A stretch of 64,000 nucleotides of DNA from Eledone cirrhosa (GCA_964016885.1 OZ024742.1:157976001-158040000), one strand, 5' to 3'; counted from the first letter of the stretch, positions 1 through 14,606 are shown. Made by a program: numbers and translations. The notes: generated from the letters alone by a model not told the origin.

Positions 1-290
1 TACCGTCACATAAGTATAGAAATAAATGTAAAAATTATTATAACGTTGACAGCGATACAGGCAACAAATAAATGAACACGTGGTAAGCAATACACACAAT
101 TGCACATACACACATACAATAGATTGGAAGCACTCAAAATTAATGGTTTTCCAGAGCTATATATATATATATATTGAGTTATTTTTCCTAAATCTTTCGT
201 TAACTACTTTTCCCATCTTGACGTTATAGTCGCATATATGTTATAGAATGCCGTTAGCTTCTTGCTAAAACAATCTCTATACCTCTCATT

Positions 291-349
<59 letters not shown>

Positions 350-433
350 CTCCGGACAGCCAAAACTGTTGAGTGCTTCCAATCTATTGTAGAACTCATT
401 CTTTGATTTATTCCTTGAATCTTGTTTAACCTT

Positions 434-481
<48 letters not shown>

Positions 482-1088
482 TGTGTGCGCGTGTCTGTGT
501 ATGTATATGTGTATATGTTGGTGATGTTCCGATAAACAAATTAGACGTTCACCGTTTCTTGATTATGCGCCAGACGATTAGCTATAATGTAATTACGTAT
601 GGAAATGACTATTTCAATTAATTCGAAGCAATGTCATACAATACTTCGTAATTAATTACAATTATGATACTACTAATTGAGATCACGTGTTAAAAAATAA
701 TAGACTGTTCTTACAGTAACATAATTGAGTCTCCATGAAATTGGGTATGCACTGAAAATGCAGAAATTCTGAACCGTCTTATTTCGAAAATCTTTGATTC
801 CCTTTAGATACAAAAGTAGTTGGAATCTGCAATATGCTACATATTTCCGTTTAAAAGATTTATTTAGCACCGCTAGTTGGCTAAGTAGTTTTCACATCTA
901 CATAAACACACATTAACTCAACGTTTTGTATCACGTGCAGCTGTATTAACAAAATACTAAGGAAATATAGTGAACAGCTCTGACTACGTTACATTAGACA
1001 TTTAAGTCGTTACTTTCATACTGCAATGATTTATTCCCTAATAAAGAAACTATAAACATTCAAATTAACAGTCGTACATATAGACATA

Positions 1089-1235
1089 GGCGACGAATTG
1101 GCAGAATCGTAAGAACATCGAATAGAGTGTTTATTCCTTCCCTCAGCTCTTTCATTTTAAATCCCACCGAGGTCGACTTTGCGTTTCATTCATTCCTGGT
1201 TGATAAATAAGTAGCAGTCTAGTACTGGGAGTTGG
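1089..1235 (+). mobile_element. SINE family A (tRNA-like head, aaatccc(a/g)ccgaggt..actttgcctttcatcc..ggtcgataaa..agtaccagt core)
   Basis: The core is shared with at least 7 other copies in the window. Confidence 0.75.
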
Positions 1236-1794
1236 TTGTTTCTCTATATATCTTTATCACTTCCATTCTTTCACCCTCTATCCTTCTCTGGAAGAAATCT
1301 GCTGTCCTCAGGCCTGGAAGAGGGATGGGGTCAACCAGATTTAAAAATGCCTTAAGAGATCCCGTATAGGTCCATAACATACCACATAACATACCACGTT
1401 ATAGGTCCTTAACATACCACATTTAAATATGTTTCCTAGAATACTACAAGATTACAGGCTTCTATTATGAACCCCACAAAATTAGTGCTAATTCAAATAA
1501 ATATTACATCGTCAAGCCTGCAAACTATCCAAATGAGCACCTCTAGCATAAGCTCCATAAGAAAATCTCTCTATATATAAGCGACTGCATATTTAGCCCC
1601 AGTAACGAGCTATTTCCGGATTATCGAAGCCGTTTAAAAACGCTATAATATCCGATATGACAGAAAGGGATTATCTGCCTATTAGTCAGTGGAACTCTAA
1701 TGTATGTATATGTGTGTGGGGTGTGATTGAAATAATATCAAAATTTAGGTCTATCTCTGTATCATTACATGGATTACATATTGAATGCCATGTG

Positions 1795-1872
1795 CCATCT
1801 GAAGACGGCGTGTCAATGATAGTGTCAAGGAATGAGAATGTAGTCATCTTACCACAGAAATACGTATCAAGT
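1795..1872 (+). ncRNA. Decayed hammerhead-like motif
   Basis: CTGAAGA-cgg...acc-aca-GAAA-tacgta-TC. Core and palindromic stem III are present but stem I does not pair. It lies about 190 nt upstream of (TA)n. Confidence 0.4.
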
Positions 1873-2052
1873 ATATTGCGTTATTAAAGGAATAGTTAAA
1901 TCAAGTATTTTTGTTGTATTATTGATGTACTTAACTCCGTGAAAGTATACAATATCAAAATTGATAGAATATACATGTCTAGTGTCCTTTCCTTATTACA
2001 CCATTGTTTACTTAATTACTGCACCTACTAGCAATTAGGAAACACCCTGTGA

Positions 2053-2113
<61 letters not shown>

Positions 2114-2443
2114 GTCCCCTAACGTATGATTAGGAATATACTTAGATATCTCCTAATGTTTGTTGAGTGAGATGGAAGTTGGTCGGAGTATCGCTATTAG
2201 CTTTCTCTGTTAATGTATTAAATATATATATATATATATATATATATTAGGTATAGGATTATCCTAGATGTAGTAATGGTTAATTGCTACACTGGATATG
2301 GTTGACGTACGGTGAGAGGTTACTCAACGAGTTATGGAAGAATTGTTGAAGAAACTTAGTTCCTGATCCTTCTGTATTCCGGAGTGTAGATAAAGAATGA
2401 ATAATAACAGGTAGACATCATAAAAAAGGTAATTTATTCCGTG

Positions 2444-2555
2444 TGCTTACAAATGTTTCCACGGTGGTACTACAGCCTAGTTATGCTATGTGCAAATTTT
2501 CAACTATTTGCAGAACTCAAATATCAAATGCTGTGGCCACTGTATCATCAGAGCA
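2444..2555 (-). ncRNA. Type I hammerhead ribozyme
   Basis: Minus strand: tgct-CTGATGA-tacagtgg...ccaccgtg-GAAAC-attt-GTA-agca. It lies about 200 nt upstream of the (TA)n at 2222-2247. Confidence 0.78.
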
Positions 2556-3246
2556 GAGTGGTTAAAATGTACAATGTAAATACCGTTAAGTGAGGTTATT
2601 GGAGAAGATAGAGTAGAAAAGGAAGAGAGAAGAGTAGGGGAGATGGAGAGAGAGAGAAAGATATGCAGGGGTTGGAGAAATAGGAGAGAGTGGTTTGTAG
2701 ATATCTTAATCAAAATGTTATGGTAGGGGTTTTATTATACTGGTTACTTTTAGGGAGATGCGTTGATAGTCAAGGTTGGAATTATTTATTGCCCCAGAGG
2801 GAAGGTTCATAGATGTGGAGAGGGAGGGAGGTAGGTCAAAGGCGAGAGAGAGAGAGTGGAATGGATATAGAGGGAGAGATAGAGGGGGGACAGACGAAGT
2901 CTATGGGGTGGGTAAACTTTGGGTTCGAAGTAGTAATCTGCGAATTGCACTGAGTTACCATTTATAGTCTTGTAGTGTGGGGGAAGAGAAGGTGGTTAGC
3001 TAGAAAGCGATGTTATAGTTACGGGTTCGAATGTTAAGTTATTTTATAGTGAGAGAATTTAGCTTTTAGTTTGTGGTTGCAGTATAATGATCGTTCGATT
3101 CTATCGTTAAGTTGTTTATTTTTGGATTTTAATATGTAAAAGAGTTCAAGGTTACATAACCTGCAGTACTTCAATCCACACCGATATGCACATGCGCTGG
3201 AAAGTATAAACATATATATATATATATAAACATATATATATATATA

Positions 3247-3317
<71 letters not shown>

Positions 3318-3378
3318 TTATTTATGAAAAAAACAGATTAAATTGTAAGCAAGGAATCGCTACTTTCACCTTTATTAT

Positions 3379-3810
<432 letters not shown>

Positions 3811-3944
3811 TCTTTCAATGAAGGACTAACGTACAACGCATTAAGAATCTTTTCCTAAGTTTAACCAATATGCATTATCATTATACCGCATTTTCTTCCT
3901 GAGTTGCTTTACCTCATTGATTTTCTCATATCTATACATACATA

Positions 3945-4234
3945 CATGCGTGCATAATGTATACATACGTATGTACGTACGTACGTACATACATATATAA
4001 ATACATACATACATACATACATACATACATACATACATACATACATACATACATACATACATACATACATGCATACGGTACGTACGTAGATGCACACATA
4101 TATAGATGTTCTGAAAAAATTATAAAATAATAAAACCAGAAGAACAAACACACACACTCACACACACATACACACACACGTATATATATATTTTTGGATT
4201 ATACATACACACACACTTATACAAACACACACAC

Positions 4235-4310
<76 letters not shown>

Positions 4311-4335
4311 GCATATATATATATATATATATATA
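3945..4335. repeat. (CATA)n, (CA)n and (TA)n microsatellites
   Basis: Read directly. Similar compound microsatellites at 10657-10870, 27606-28250, 28580-28840, 32148-32257, 40873-41016 and 48140-48540. Confidence 0.95.
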
Positions 4336-5212
4336 TTAAGATTTGTTTGCTTTGATAAAGTGATTTGTTGAGTTTGGTTGTTGGTATTAAGGGAGAATTC
4401 GCATGCAATTCTGAATAGATCAGATGGCGATAATAATATTAGTTTTCATATTGCTAGGAGGAATACTAAAACAAATGTTCTCATTCTTATTACTTACGTT
4501 TATACCTACATTTTATAATATACTCTACCATTCTATCCCCTTGGTTAATAACAATTTGCAATTCTTATTTTCCTATTTCGTTTCTCATCATAATTTTTAG
4601 CTTGATATTTTAAAGTAATATCCTATCCTTTTGTAACTAATTGCCAAAATGCAAGAAACGATAAGTAATATGTGTAGCGATAATTTAGTTGATGCAATAT
4701 GTATATAATGTTAAGACGCCGTCATCGAGAAGTTATATGCATTACGCTTAATAGATTCTTATAACTTGAGATAATTGTATGTTAACAAATGTTCTCACTC
4801 GTATACTCCGTTCATATATTGCGCAAACATTCCGCTGCTTATTTTTTATATATAAAATTTGTAAAATATGAATTAATGTACACTTCTATGTTTATAATGT
4901 AAATGTAATCTACTTCGATAATGAATTCATTTAGACGAGAAGAAAGCTCGAAGGTATACACCATTATCTGTAAATCGTCTCTGCAGAAAGTAAATGAAGC
5001 TTTTTAGATTTAAAGAATGTGAGGAGCGCACCGCTCTTCTCTACCAGGTTCAGTTAAACTCTTGTTTGATGTTTAATGGTTATGGAAACATAGGTTCAAG
5101 CGGCGCCTATGCATAAATATTTCTCTCATAGACTCGCTCCGTAGCAAGTCGTTTAGGAGTGTGCTAATGAGAAACGCGTTCTTATTTTTTCATTCTAGAT
5201 ACATCGGCAGTC

Positions 5213-5408
5213 GATCGACTTTCGTCAAATTGGACCGAGAAAACAATGTTCCCGTTCGTCTTTCCAATTGATATTACTGTCCGTCGCAACTCCAGGTAGA
5301 AGGAGCAACGTGAAATAAAGTGTCTTGCTCAAGGACATAACGCATGGCCCGGAACTGTCAATCTCACGATTGCGAATCCAATTCTCTAACCACTCAGCCA
5401 CATGCCTT
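5213..5408 (-). mobile_element. tRNA-derived SINE family B
   Basis: Matches 63150-63362 over most of its length. Confidence 0.85.
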
Positions 5409-5949
5409 TAGATACATCTATGACTATAAATATTCAATTCAGGGTTTCACTTCAATATGCTACTCCTCTTTCATTCGCAATCATGTGTTTCTGTGTTCAA
5501 TCCCTATTTAATGTCTCATAGCTTTATGTCGCCTGAATCTTTGTGAGAGGAACTGAGTAGATGAAAGCCATACAGAAGTCACGTAATGTTTTCTGCTTTT
5601 CCGTAGATAGTAGACTGAATCCATTGCTCGGATTAATCCCAAATCTCGTCTATATCGGCGGTATTCTTCATTGAACAAGGGCTTTAGTTTGATGACAAAA
5701 TGTATCCCAGGAGATCTTAGAAGCCTTGCAAAACTGTTGTAGTAGCTGTTATTCTTCTTCTAACTTATTTATTTCGGTGTTGAGCTGTCCTGCACAAGAG
5801 GTCGACAACGTTTTATTTCGCGAAATTTCTGGGTACGTTTTATTTGGCGACGTTTTATCAAGGAGCAATATCGATGCTACAAAATAAAACACCTATTCAG
5901 ACCACATTAGTGTCGCCATGATCAGCCAATATTTAACCCATAAAGAGGT

Positions 5950-6680
5950 ACCAGATTACTAAAAGTTCATCATCCGGCGGTCTCAGCCGAATTCCACTCA
6001 ACAATTTATCTCCACATGCGTCTGTCGTTAATTGCAGTTGCTAAGTCCTGGATTTCAATACAAGAATCACAGGAGATGATATCGAGATAGGAGAGCTTGC
6101 AGTTTCCATAGCACTAGTACGGACACAGCCTCAAAGGTGGCAAGATGGCATTGGCCAGCAAATCTTATTCTCCTTTTACGTACACTTTCACATATATATG
6201 GGAAGCCGGCTTATATTTCGTTCAAGGTCATATGTCGACAGCTTATGTTCTCAATGAGACGAACTAGCGAGTGTAGGTGCCATCAAGACGCTTTTGTTGT
6301 TTTGATGAAAGCAACCATATTTCACTTCCATATAGTAAGATAGGTTGAATTGTTACTTGGAAGAGTCTGATGTTGGTGTGGTTGGAAGGATTTGAGCACC
6401 AAACTCGATTCATCTTGTTACAAGCTTTGGATTTCTGGTGGCCAAATCCTTCCCAGAGTCCATGATACAAGACCCGAAATACTTAAAATACTCGACTTGC
6501 TCGATATCACTGCCATTGATTGCATTGATGTTGTTGTCTGTACAGTTTGATATGTACTCTGTTTTACTCAACAAGGGCGGCTGCTAATTGGAGAGATGTC
6601 AAAATGTGTTACGCATTTTCTAGGCAATCTGCAAGAAGCGCAATGTTATCCTAGAACTTAATGCACCGTTCCTGTGTTCT
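5950..6680 (-). pseudogene. Degenerate RTE-like LINE RT fragment
   Basis: QVEYFKYFGS and RLFQVTIQPILLYGSEIW..KRLDGTYTR, followed by FAG.CH-like sequence. Frameshifted. Confidence 0.75.
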
Positions 6681-8254
6681 CAAGAGTGCGATTAGAATAG
6701 AATTAGTAGCCTATAGTAAAATAGGAATAGAAGGAACTAGAGCTGTAGGTATTTGGTAGCTAAATTAGAAGAGGCATTCCAATTCACGTGTTAAAAGCAA
6801 GAAATGCCCTGGGCCATTTCTGAGTTCAGAAATACGAAGTTTAAATTGTCATAGATAATGCATTTACTCTGAGACATAAGGGATGGAAAGCTGTTTAATG
6901 GATCCGAGTGCTAGAGGCGCAGAATTGCATCAGAGGCATAATTCGGTCTTTAGTGGAACAGGATGGGCACGTACTGCATGATTTCAAACAGAATGCACTC
7001 AACGTTTCAGTGACACCTTGCATAACTCCTTGGGGAAATCGAGGGCAGGGAGACGGTGGTGAAACTGCTTCGGATCATCTGCTCGGGCCGTCAAGAATGT
7101 TTTTCACCTCCCCTCTGTATGTTCTGACGCTGAAAATACTGCGGACGCTGGAGTTGTAGAAAGAGGCCTCGCTTAAACTGAGGAGAGAAAGTGATGCATC
7201 GATTCATGAGAAGGACATCACAGTGGTGATGGTGAGACTTTTAATCGAGGTGGTCACCGGTTTTTTAGAGGAGAACATTTCGTTGACTGCAACAAATATC
7301 AACCAGCTCAAGTCGCTAGATTTCCAGTTCGGCATGACGTGGCTGACGTTGTGGAAACATGCTCCGAGGCTACGGCTTTTCAAATATACCTAAACAGTTG
7401 TATTCGTGTTTTGTCAAGCGCCTCATTCTAAAACCCAACACTTTGACTGAGCTGCAGTCTCGAGTCAGGCGAAGCCCAGCACTGGGTACCATTCATTTGG
7501 AATGTTGTCAGAACCTTCTACCAGTTGGACAATGCGGTCATTAGTAATTTCACGTTAGCGTCCTGTTGAAGACTGGTGTTGAGCAAGGGCGATGATGATT
7601 TCGGCGCTGACCAACTCGAAGCAACTAGACTGTTTTTTGGAGTACTTTCAATCCGAAAATAATCGTCAATTTCCATAAATCCCTGGAATGACAGGGTTAT
7701 CGGGAAAAGGGTGTCCAGTTTGAGATAAGCTTAATAGACTCGAATCCAGGTATTAGCTAAATATATCTTGAAGCTCTGCCCGGTGCCCTTTGCGAAGGAC
7801 AAGGTGATTTTTATATCCCTGATGGCCACGTTGAAACAGTTGAGAAGAAGCACCATACTCTACGGAGAATCCCGGATTAACGTTTTTCATATTTCATAAA
7901 TCAGCATGAAGCATGAAGTGCTGCCTTCCAACTAATTTGTTAAAGGTGTATGAGGGCAGTAAACATGGACCGTGTGCACGGGCCTGCTTTGAGAATGCGC
8001 CTATAGATTGCAGGAGGACAACAATGGGGTGGGGGCCTTGTCCGCGTGGTTAGGGGGACTATGGCATTTTGGAAGTTTTATCCCCGACTGCCATTCGGAA
8101 ATTTTCCCATTATCGTTGACTTTGATTTTGGTCAAGTTCTTTTACATGGTTTTGATTATCGTACCAGCTTTGTATACGCTAAAATCCACATCCTGTACCG
8201 CTCTACGTCGTGTTTAATGTTTTCTTAATGTCCGCCCTATGTGGCTAAAAAATA

Positions 8255-8272
8255 GACTACTAGTACTACTAC

Positions 8273-8314
<42 letters not shown>

Positions 8315-8422
8315 CAGTAGTAGTAGTAGTAGTAGTAGTAGCAGCAGCAGTAGTTATGCTACTATTATTGCTAATACTACTACAGCTACTATTACTGCTG
8401 TTGTTACTATTACTACTACTAC

Positions 8423-8464
<42 letters not shown>

Positions 8465-8530
8465 AACTACTACTACTACTAATGCTGATGCTACAACTAC
8501 TACTAGTACTACTGCTGCTGCTGCTGCTGT
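8255..8530. repeat. Compound trinucleotide microsatellite, (TAG)n then (CTA)n
   Basis: Read directly. Orientation switches near 8355. Confidence 0.95.
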
Positions 8531-10654
8531 ACTCCCTGTGTATTGCCGACGAATAGATCTTTCGATTATTTTCTGACAAATTTTCGGAGTAAATAATGTC
8601 TGTAAATATCTTTCGAGAATCCTTACATAAGGTTGGTGGATTTAGATATAAAAATATTGTTTTTTGACTTTCATTCTTTTATCAGGATCTGAAGATTTTT
8701 TTTTTTTTTTTGTAGAAATATCGAAAAGACATTTCTCTTAATCTAATTAAACATTAAAAAACATAATTTCTTTTCTTCTATTTTCGTTAATTTCTCTCCC
8801 AATAATTGCATGCAAGATACTTATAACTTCAACGAGACTATTTATATTTATTTTCAGTAACATAAAATTGATAAATAACTAAAAGAATTGCATGAATTAC
8901 GATTCAATGCGTCTTTTCACATGTTTAACCGAACTGTTGAAAAAAGTGATTTTCTTTCTTTCATATATATTTTTTTATAAACTTTTCAATCAGAAATCTG
9001 TTCTATAATTCAATTTTCACTTCCATATAGGAATATTGCTGACTTTTCAGATATGTGGCCATTATTTTCTAGAGAAGTTACAGCTTGGCTATATTTATGA
9101 AACCTGTCAATAACGATAACATATTTATCAGTTTTGTCATAGATCATTAGTTCCGTGTCGCCAAGAAATGTTTCTTGAGCAGCTCTCCCTGAGATCTTGA
9201 TATAATCTTGCAGTCATATAAGAACATGACATTATAAACAGTGGAATGAAATGCTTACTGCCAAGATATTATTGCATAAAATGCGCATTTTGATTCAACA
9301 AATGAATTTGTGCAGCGTCATTTTACGTTAATATAAAAATAGAAAAACAAATAGTTCTATAAAACATTGTTTGAAAACTTATATAAATATTGCCTCAAAA
9401 CTCATTCGAACATGCTTACAATGCTATATATTTAAGCTATAATATATTTGCTTCCACTTATAGCAATTTCCACATCCTATCTACATTATTGGAAATACAT
9501 CCGTTTATTCGGGGAATTTCTTTTGGTTAATTTATTGATTTTCGTTGGTTTCATGAGCCAAGGTCCTTCGTCATGAATAACCAACCTGTTTAACATATAA
9601 TTGTAAAATATTGATCAGCTTCTAGTTTCGTTTGCAGATACCCAAAATACAAAATTCTTATAGTTATGTAACATACGTTATCAATACTGAACCACTGGAG
9701 AACCACTTATTTGTGTAGTGTATCTTACTTCTATTGTACGAGGGCGTAATTGCTTTGAACAAATCATGACGTCAACAGGTTTAAAGACGTAAATTTAAAA
9801 CTAATGTTTATGCTGATAACATGTTCAAACTTGTGTTCTCATTGCTAATCGAGTTATCAAATGTGCACGTATTCATTTTAAAGCAGATTCATACAAATAT
9901 TTCTTGTTTTATCTTTATTTTTGTTTGTGAACAGGATGAGATATAAATTAATCACACTACGACATTGTATCAGAATATGGCTGTGTCCTTCTATTAATCC
10001 TGCCAAGAAACTGCTCTACTATTAACGATGAAATTATAGTTATTTATTTTTTGGTAAGCTACAATTATTCTGGATCATTTTCATCATAACATTCACTGAT
10101 ATAGCGTTCACACATTTCCTGAAAAAGTGACTTGTTCACTTTCGTCAACTCAATGAATATCCCCGAGAACGTAGTCGCTTTTAATCCTCACTAAATCTCT
10201 ATAGAATAAAGATGTAAAGTTTCAAGCAGTTAGTAGAATGATGTTAGTGCTAGAAGATATTCCACAAGCGCTCAATCTCGTACCGTACATGTTAAACCTA
10301 GCTGGAAATGCATACGCTTTCCAAAGTATTCAAGAACATTATATTAACACAACCATGCTTATGCTGCAAATATATTTGATTTGATGGTTTGAAATTGAAA
10401 CAAAATAATACCACTAAAGCGAGAGCTACATCTTTGAGTATGCAGATTTATATTATATATTGCCTCGTTTCTTTAAAATCAAACCATTAATTAATATTGA
10501 ATGAATCAGGAAAGGCATCGTTCAAAATGATTTCCTTTAACAGGGTACATATACTAATGTTTAGAAGTATATTTCAATATTCAGTCGATATAACTTGGTG
10601 GTAACATATAACGTGATGCTTCTGGTTGTGTGCTGATATATAGTGATCTAAGCA

Positions 10655-10736
<82 letters not shown>

Positions 10737-10765
10737 GACCCACAGACAGAAAGAGAGAGAGAGAA

Positions 10766-10800
<35 letters not shown>

Positions 10801-10822
10801 CCCACAGACAGAAAGACAGAGT

Positions 10823-10853
<31 letters not shown>

Positions 10854-11682
10854 TGGGATATAGATAGATATATAGATTATATGCACGATCCTGTTTACAA
10901 TTGTATAAGCAGAGCCACTATTTCTATGTCGTGTAAACTGCTGCACTCTGTTATTGTAGACACTTTCAACTCACAAGCTACATCTAATTTATCTGTATTA
11001 TATACCTTCACCATTCAACCACACATTTATCAATTTCATCCCGACTTCATCTTACAACAAAACCCTATATAATTACAAGGCTATCAAAGCGCAGAGGCCT
11101 GTAATCTAAAATTGACTGATGTAAACTGATGCCAATATAAACGATTCAAAACTATGCAACAACGCACATTTTTCCCGTTTCAAATCTATCACTAACTCCT
11201 TCTGTTATATTTTAGATATATATGTTTGTGCCGGTTCGATTTCGTTCAATTATCCGGTCCATGTATATATATATATAAATATGTATATATATGACCACGT
11301 AGCTCCCGAGTGAGTCGTAAATGTGCCGAATTCATATACGGCGTTTCTAGTGCAATTTTTAAACCGGACGGAGACAATGACTCTACAGGTTTGAACACAG
11401 CTGATTTCTCACAGAGAAGCATAGCGAGAATGAAAGGATGGAAATGAAAAGATATATAGAGGGAGGACCAACCTTAATACTTCACTGCCATATTTAATCG
11501 TCCGGCATATCACAAAATCGTATTTTCATCTGGAAATACCGTTATAATGACATCAACAAATGCATAAATTTCATTATGGATTGCATAAGAGAACCGTTGA
11601 AATAATTATGAATCAATAATTTATATAACATCAGTATCTTTCTTAATGTTATTTATATATATATGTGTTGGAAGTATTTGTA

Positions 11683-11813
11683 GAGGAGCGGACACTCTGA
11701 GCTCAAATCCCGCTAAGGTTAATTTTGCCTTTCATCCGTAAGGGGTCGATAAAATATAGCACAGTATAGCACTGGGATAATTGCTGTCCTTGTGCCAAAA
11801 GTTGAAACAATTA
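11683..11813 (+). mobile_element. SINE family A
   Basis: ctgagctcaaatcccgctaaggttaattttgcctttcatccgtaaggggtcgataaa...cttgtgccaaaagttgaaacaattatt. Confidence 0.8.
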
Positions 11814-11819
11814 TTTCTA

Positions 11820-13030
11820 TTAAACTGACGTTGGCAAGGGGTCGGTATTAAATAGGTTATCATGTTCCTGTTTATTTCTCGTATGTTTTCTTTTGTGTGT
11901 TTGCTGTGTGGTTATCGAATACTGGAGTGGAAATGGCTAGGTTAATATTTGGATTAATTAGATTTGAAAGTTGATGGTTGTTGTGTAAGTCTTTGAGTTA
12001 TTATATAATTCGGTTCGCGCCTTTCGGGATGCTACATCAAAGTTTTGTGCACAATTACATTGGCTATGTGTGTTGTGTGCATATTTTGTGTATGTGTGCT
12101 GTGGGAATGTTTTATAGTGGCGTGACAATGGTTTCGGTATAGTTAACTTGTATTTAATATGAACAATATCTTTCAGATGTGTGCAACGGTAGCTCTCATA
12201 TATGAGTATATGTGGTGTAGTAAATATTTATTATATGTGAACAAAATGGAATGAAATTCCCATTGTCACTCCCTTCTTCTCTCTCCCCTTCCCCATCTCT
12301 TACTATTATAATCAAATGGGGGCCCACGCGTCGGCCGTCCACGACCCCGGCGGACAGAATAGAGAAGGCGTTTGCGTTAATACGAAGATGAATTAGATAG
12401 GTATTGGTGATTTATAATATAACCTTTCGGATTGATAGGTAATTCAGTTGGATGCTATTTTGGAGTGCTAAGACTGTTGGTGTTATCGATCAACCTATTA
12501 TTATATAGGAATTATTCTACAAAAGCGGTATTAGCAATCTAGATTGAGGGGGCATTATACGTTCAGATGTAAGTGTGTATAAATCTCCTATTGCAAATTG
12601 TCTCCACGCCATACAGTATATTCAATTTGGTTCCACCCCTGCTCCCATATGGAACTATAAGCTGGATTTCATCTTTCTCAACTAACATGTTTTTACTATG
12701 CTTTAATTTAAAATTATTTGTCTGAATATTACAAATTTTGCTTTTTGCTATTAGTTGGCTAATTGGTATCATTGATTGTAAGGGTGCTTTATATTACATC
12801 TAAATGATGACGCGGTATAAATTAGTAATATTATTTTGAAGTCAATATTATATTAGTTCTATAGATTTTCAGCTTCAGTAGCAATATTTTAATAAAGTCT
12901 GTGTTTAAATATTGCGGCAATCATCCATTATTATTTATTTGCGTGACAATCAACGGGGAATGTATTTTTATTCAATTCTCTATTGGCACGTGTATTAAGA
13001 TGCCTATTAATAAATACCGATTTCATTAAA
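11820..13030 (-). pseudogene. Possible highly degenerate PLE RT/EN remnant
   Basis: Minus-strand peptide fragments NITNLYRVI (cf. DIANYYSSI), VPYGSRGGTKLNILYG (cf. ITMGSSDSAQVTDLVG), IQVNYTET (cf. IKLTYSST), QCNC and LYNN occur in the expected order. Many stops; no YxDD seen. Confidence 0.35.
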
Positions 13031-13156
13031 CAGTAACGTGTTATTACATAATGATATTATATTGATTCAATCGCTGAATCCGCCAATCATATTTTTTCTT
13101 TTCTTGATATATATAGACACACACACATATGTATATATACATGTATGTGTGTGTAT

Positions 13157-13196
<40 letters not shown>

Positions 13197-13198
<2 letters not shown>

Positions 13199-13293
13199 CA
13201 TCATCATCATCATCAGGTTTAGCGTCCGTGTTCCACGCTTGCATGGGTTTGGACGGGGGTTTTCGCACTTGAGGCAAGAGTGGTTGTCTTGCT

Positions 13294-13295
<2 letters not shown>
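13197..13295 (-). mobile_element. Short 3' end of a LINE/SINE with (ATG)n tail inserted in (TA)n
   Basis: (CAT)n followed by gtttagcgtccgtgttccacgcttgcatgggtttggacgg. Confidence 0.5.
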
Positions 13296-13336
<41 letters not shown>

Positions 13337-13351
13337 ACATGTATATATGTA

Positions 13352-13419
<68 letters not shown>

Positions 13420-13440
13420 TATATGTATATATATATATAT

Positions 13441-14143
13441 AAATTGATGAGCAGAACAAACAAACATTAAACAATCCTTTAAATAAATTAAAAACTGATT
13501 TAAAAATCTACCTGTTCATAATGCTATTACCAGCGGTTTCCATCTACAAAAGATTGGAAATTCAGAGAATTTCCAACGGAAAGTAGATTTCATCAGATAG
13601 CTATTTCCTTTCTATAGGACATACGTCCCACGGTCCGCAAATATAATGCCAACTACTAGCTCGTATGAGTTATAGCCGTTAAAGTGACCCACACGTGACC
13701 CGGCCGCTAGAGCAAGCGGCAATATTACAGACTTGTTGATGGCTTGGCTGCTAAAAAAATAGCAGTAAGCAACAACGAATTTTTTCTCTACATAGATTGG
13801 AGAATGTATAAAAATGAGGTAAATATCTCACTGAGTACTAGGTACCCATAGGGTGTCTATAATATAATTGTTGTTCTATGGTACTAATTCGAGATACCAG
13901 AACTATAAAAATTGATCAGCAGAACAAACAAACATTAACCAATCCTTTATATAAATTAAAAAATTATTTAAATATCTACCTGTTCATAATGCTATTACCG
14001 GCGGTTTCCATCTACAAAAGATTGGACATTCAGAGAATATTTTGTAAATGGAAACCTCCGGTAATAGCATTATGAACAGGTAGATATTTAAATCATTTTT
14101 TTAATTTATTTAAAGGATTGTTTAATGTTTGTTCTGCTCATCA

Positions 14144-14148
<5 letters not shown>
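13441..14148 (-). mobile_element. Non-autonomous PLE-like insert: direct repeat plus inverted repeat, flanked by (TA)n
   Basis: 13441-13570 recurs directly at ~13908-14038 and inverted at ~14040-14148. It contains a hammerhead. Confidence 0.8.
13523..13601 (-). ncRNA. Type I hammerhead ribozyme
   Basis: Minus strand: gctat-CTGATGA-aATCTAC..TTGGAAATT/AATTTCCAA..GTAGATg-GAAA-ccgctgg-TA-atagc, with a perfect 5-bp stem I. Confidence 0.8.
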
Positions 14149-14216
<68 letters not shown>

Positions 14217-14378
14217 GGGGGGGGGGGCGTGTGTGTATACATTTACATATGTATCGTTTTTGGTAGTATCTACCCATTTGAACAGCATTTTACAGAATTG
14301 TATACCATTTTCTTTAACTTTTGATCTAATTTGGGCATGTAAATTGTAAATTGTAATGTATACACGTAATTTTATATC

Positions 14379-14606
14379 TTAACCCTTTAATGTTCAAACC
14401 GACCAAAACCGGCCAGAATTCTCTACCTCTTTCTGTTGAAACTGGCTGTAACCAGTCGCTCAAACTGATTTTAAAGTATTGTTCTCAAAATAAATACTTT
14501 CAAAATCTCATAGATTCGATATTATGTGAGATAATTATGCGAGATAAAGCCTTTACCATGAAAATATAATAGTACATATAGAGTAATGTAAATGCTAAAG
14601 GGCTAT
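14379..14606. mobile_element. Non-autonomous DNA transposon with TTAA-CCCTTT termini (piggyBac-like MITE)
   Basis: ttaaccctttaatgtt...aatgctaaagggcta. Confidence 0.5.

Noticed and set aside
6700-8200. Higher-complexity, TE-like sequence
   Set aside because: No diagnostic protein motif could be read; left unannotated.
9934-10053. Exon-like segment with a strong acceptor and gtaagc donor
   Set aside because: No convincing coding frame found; it cannot be supported without RNA data.
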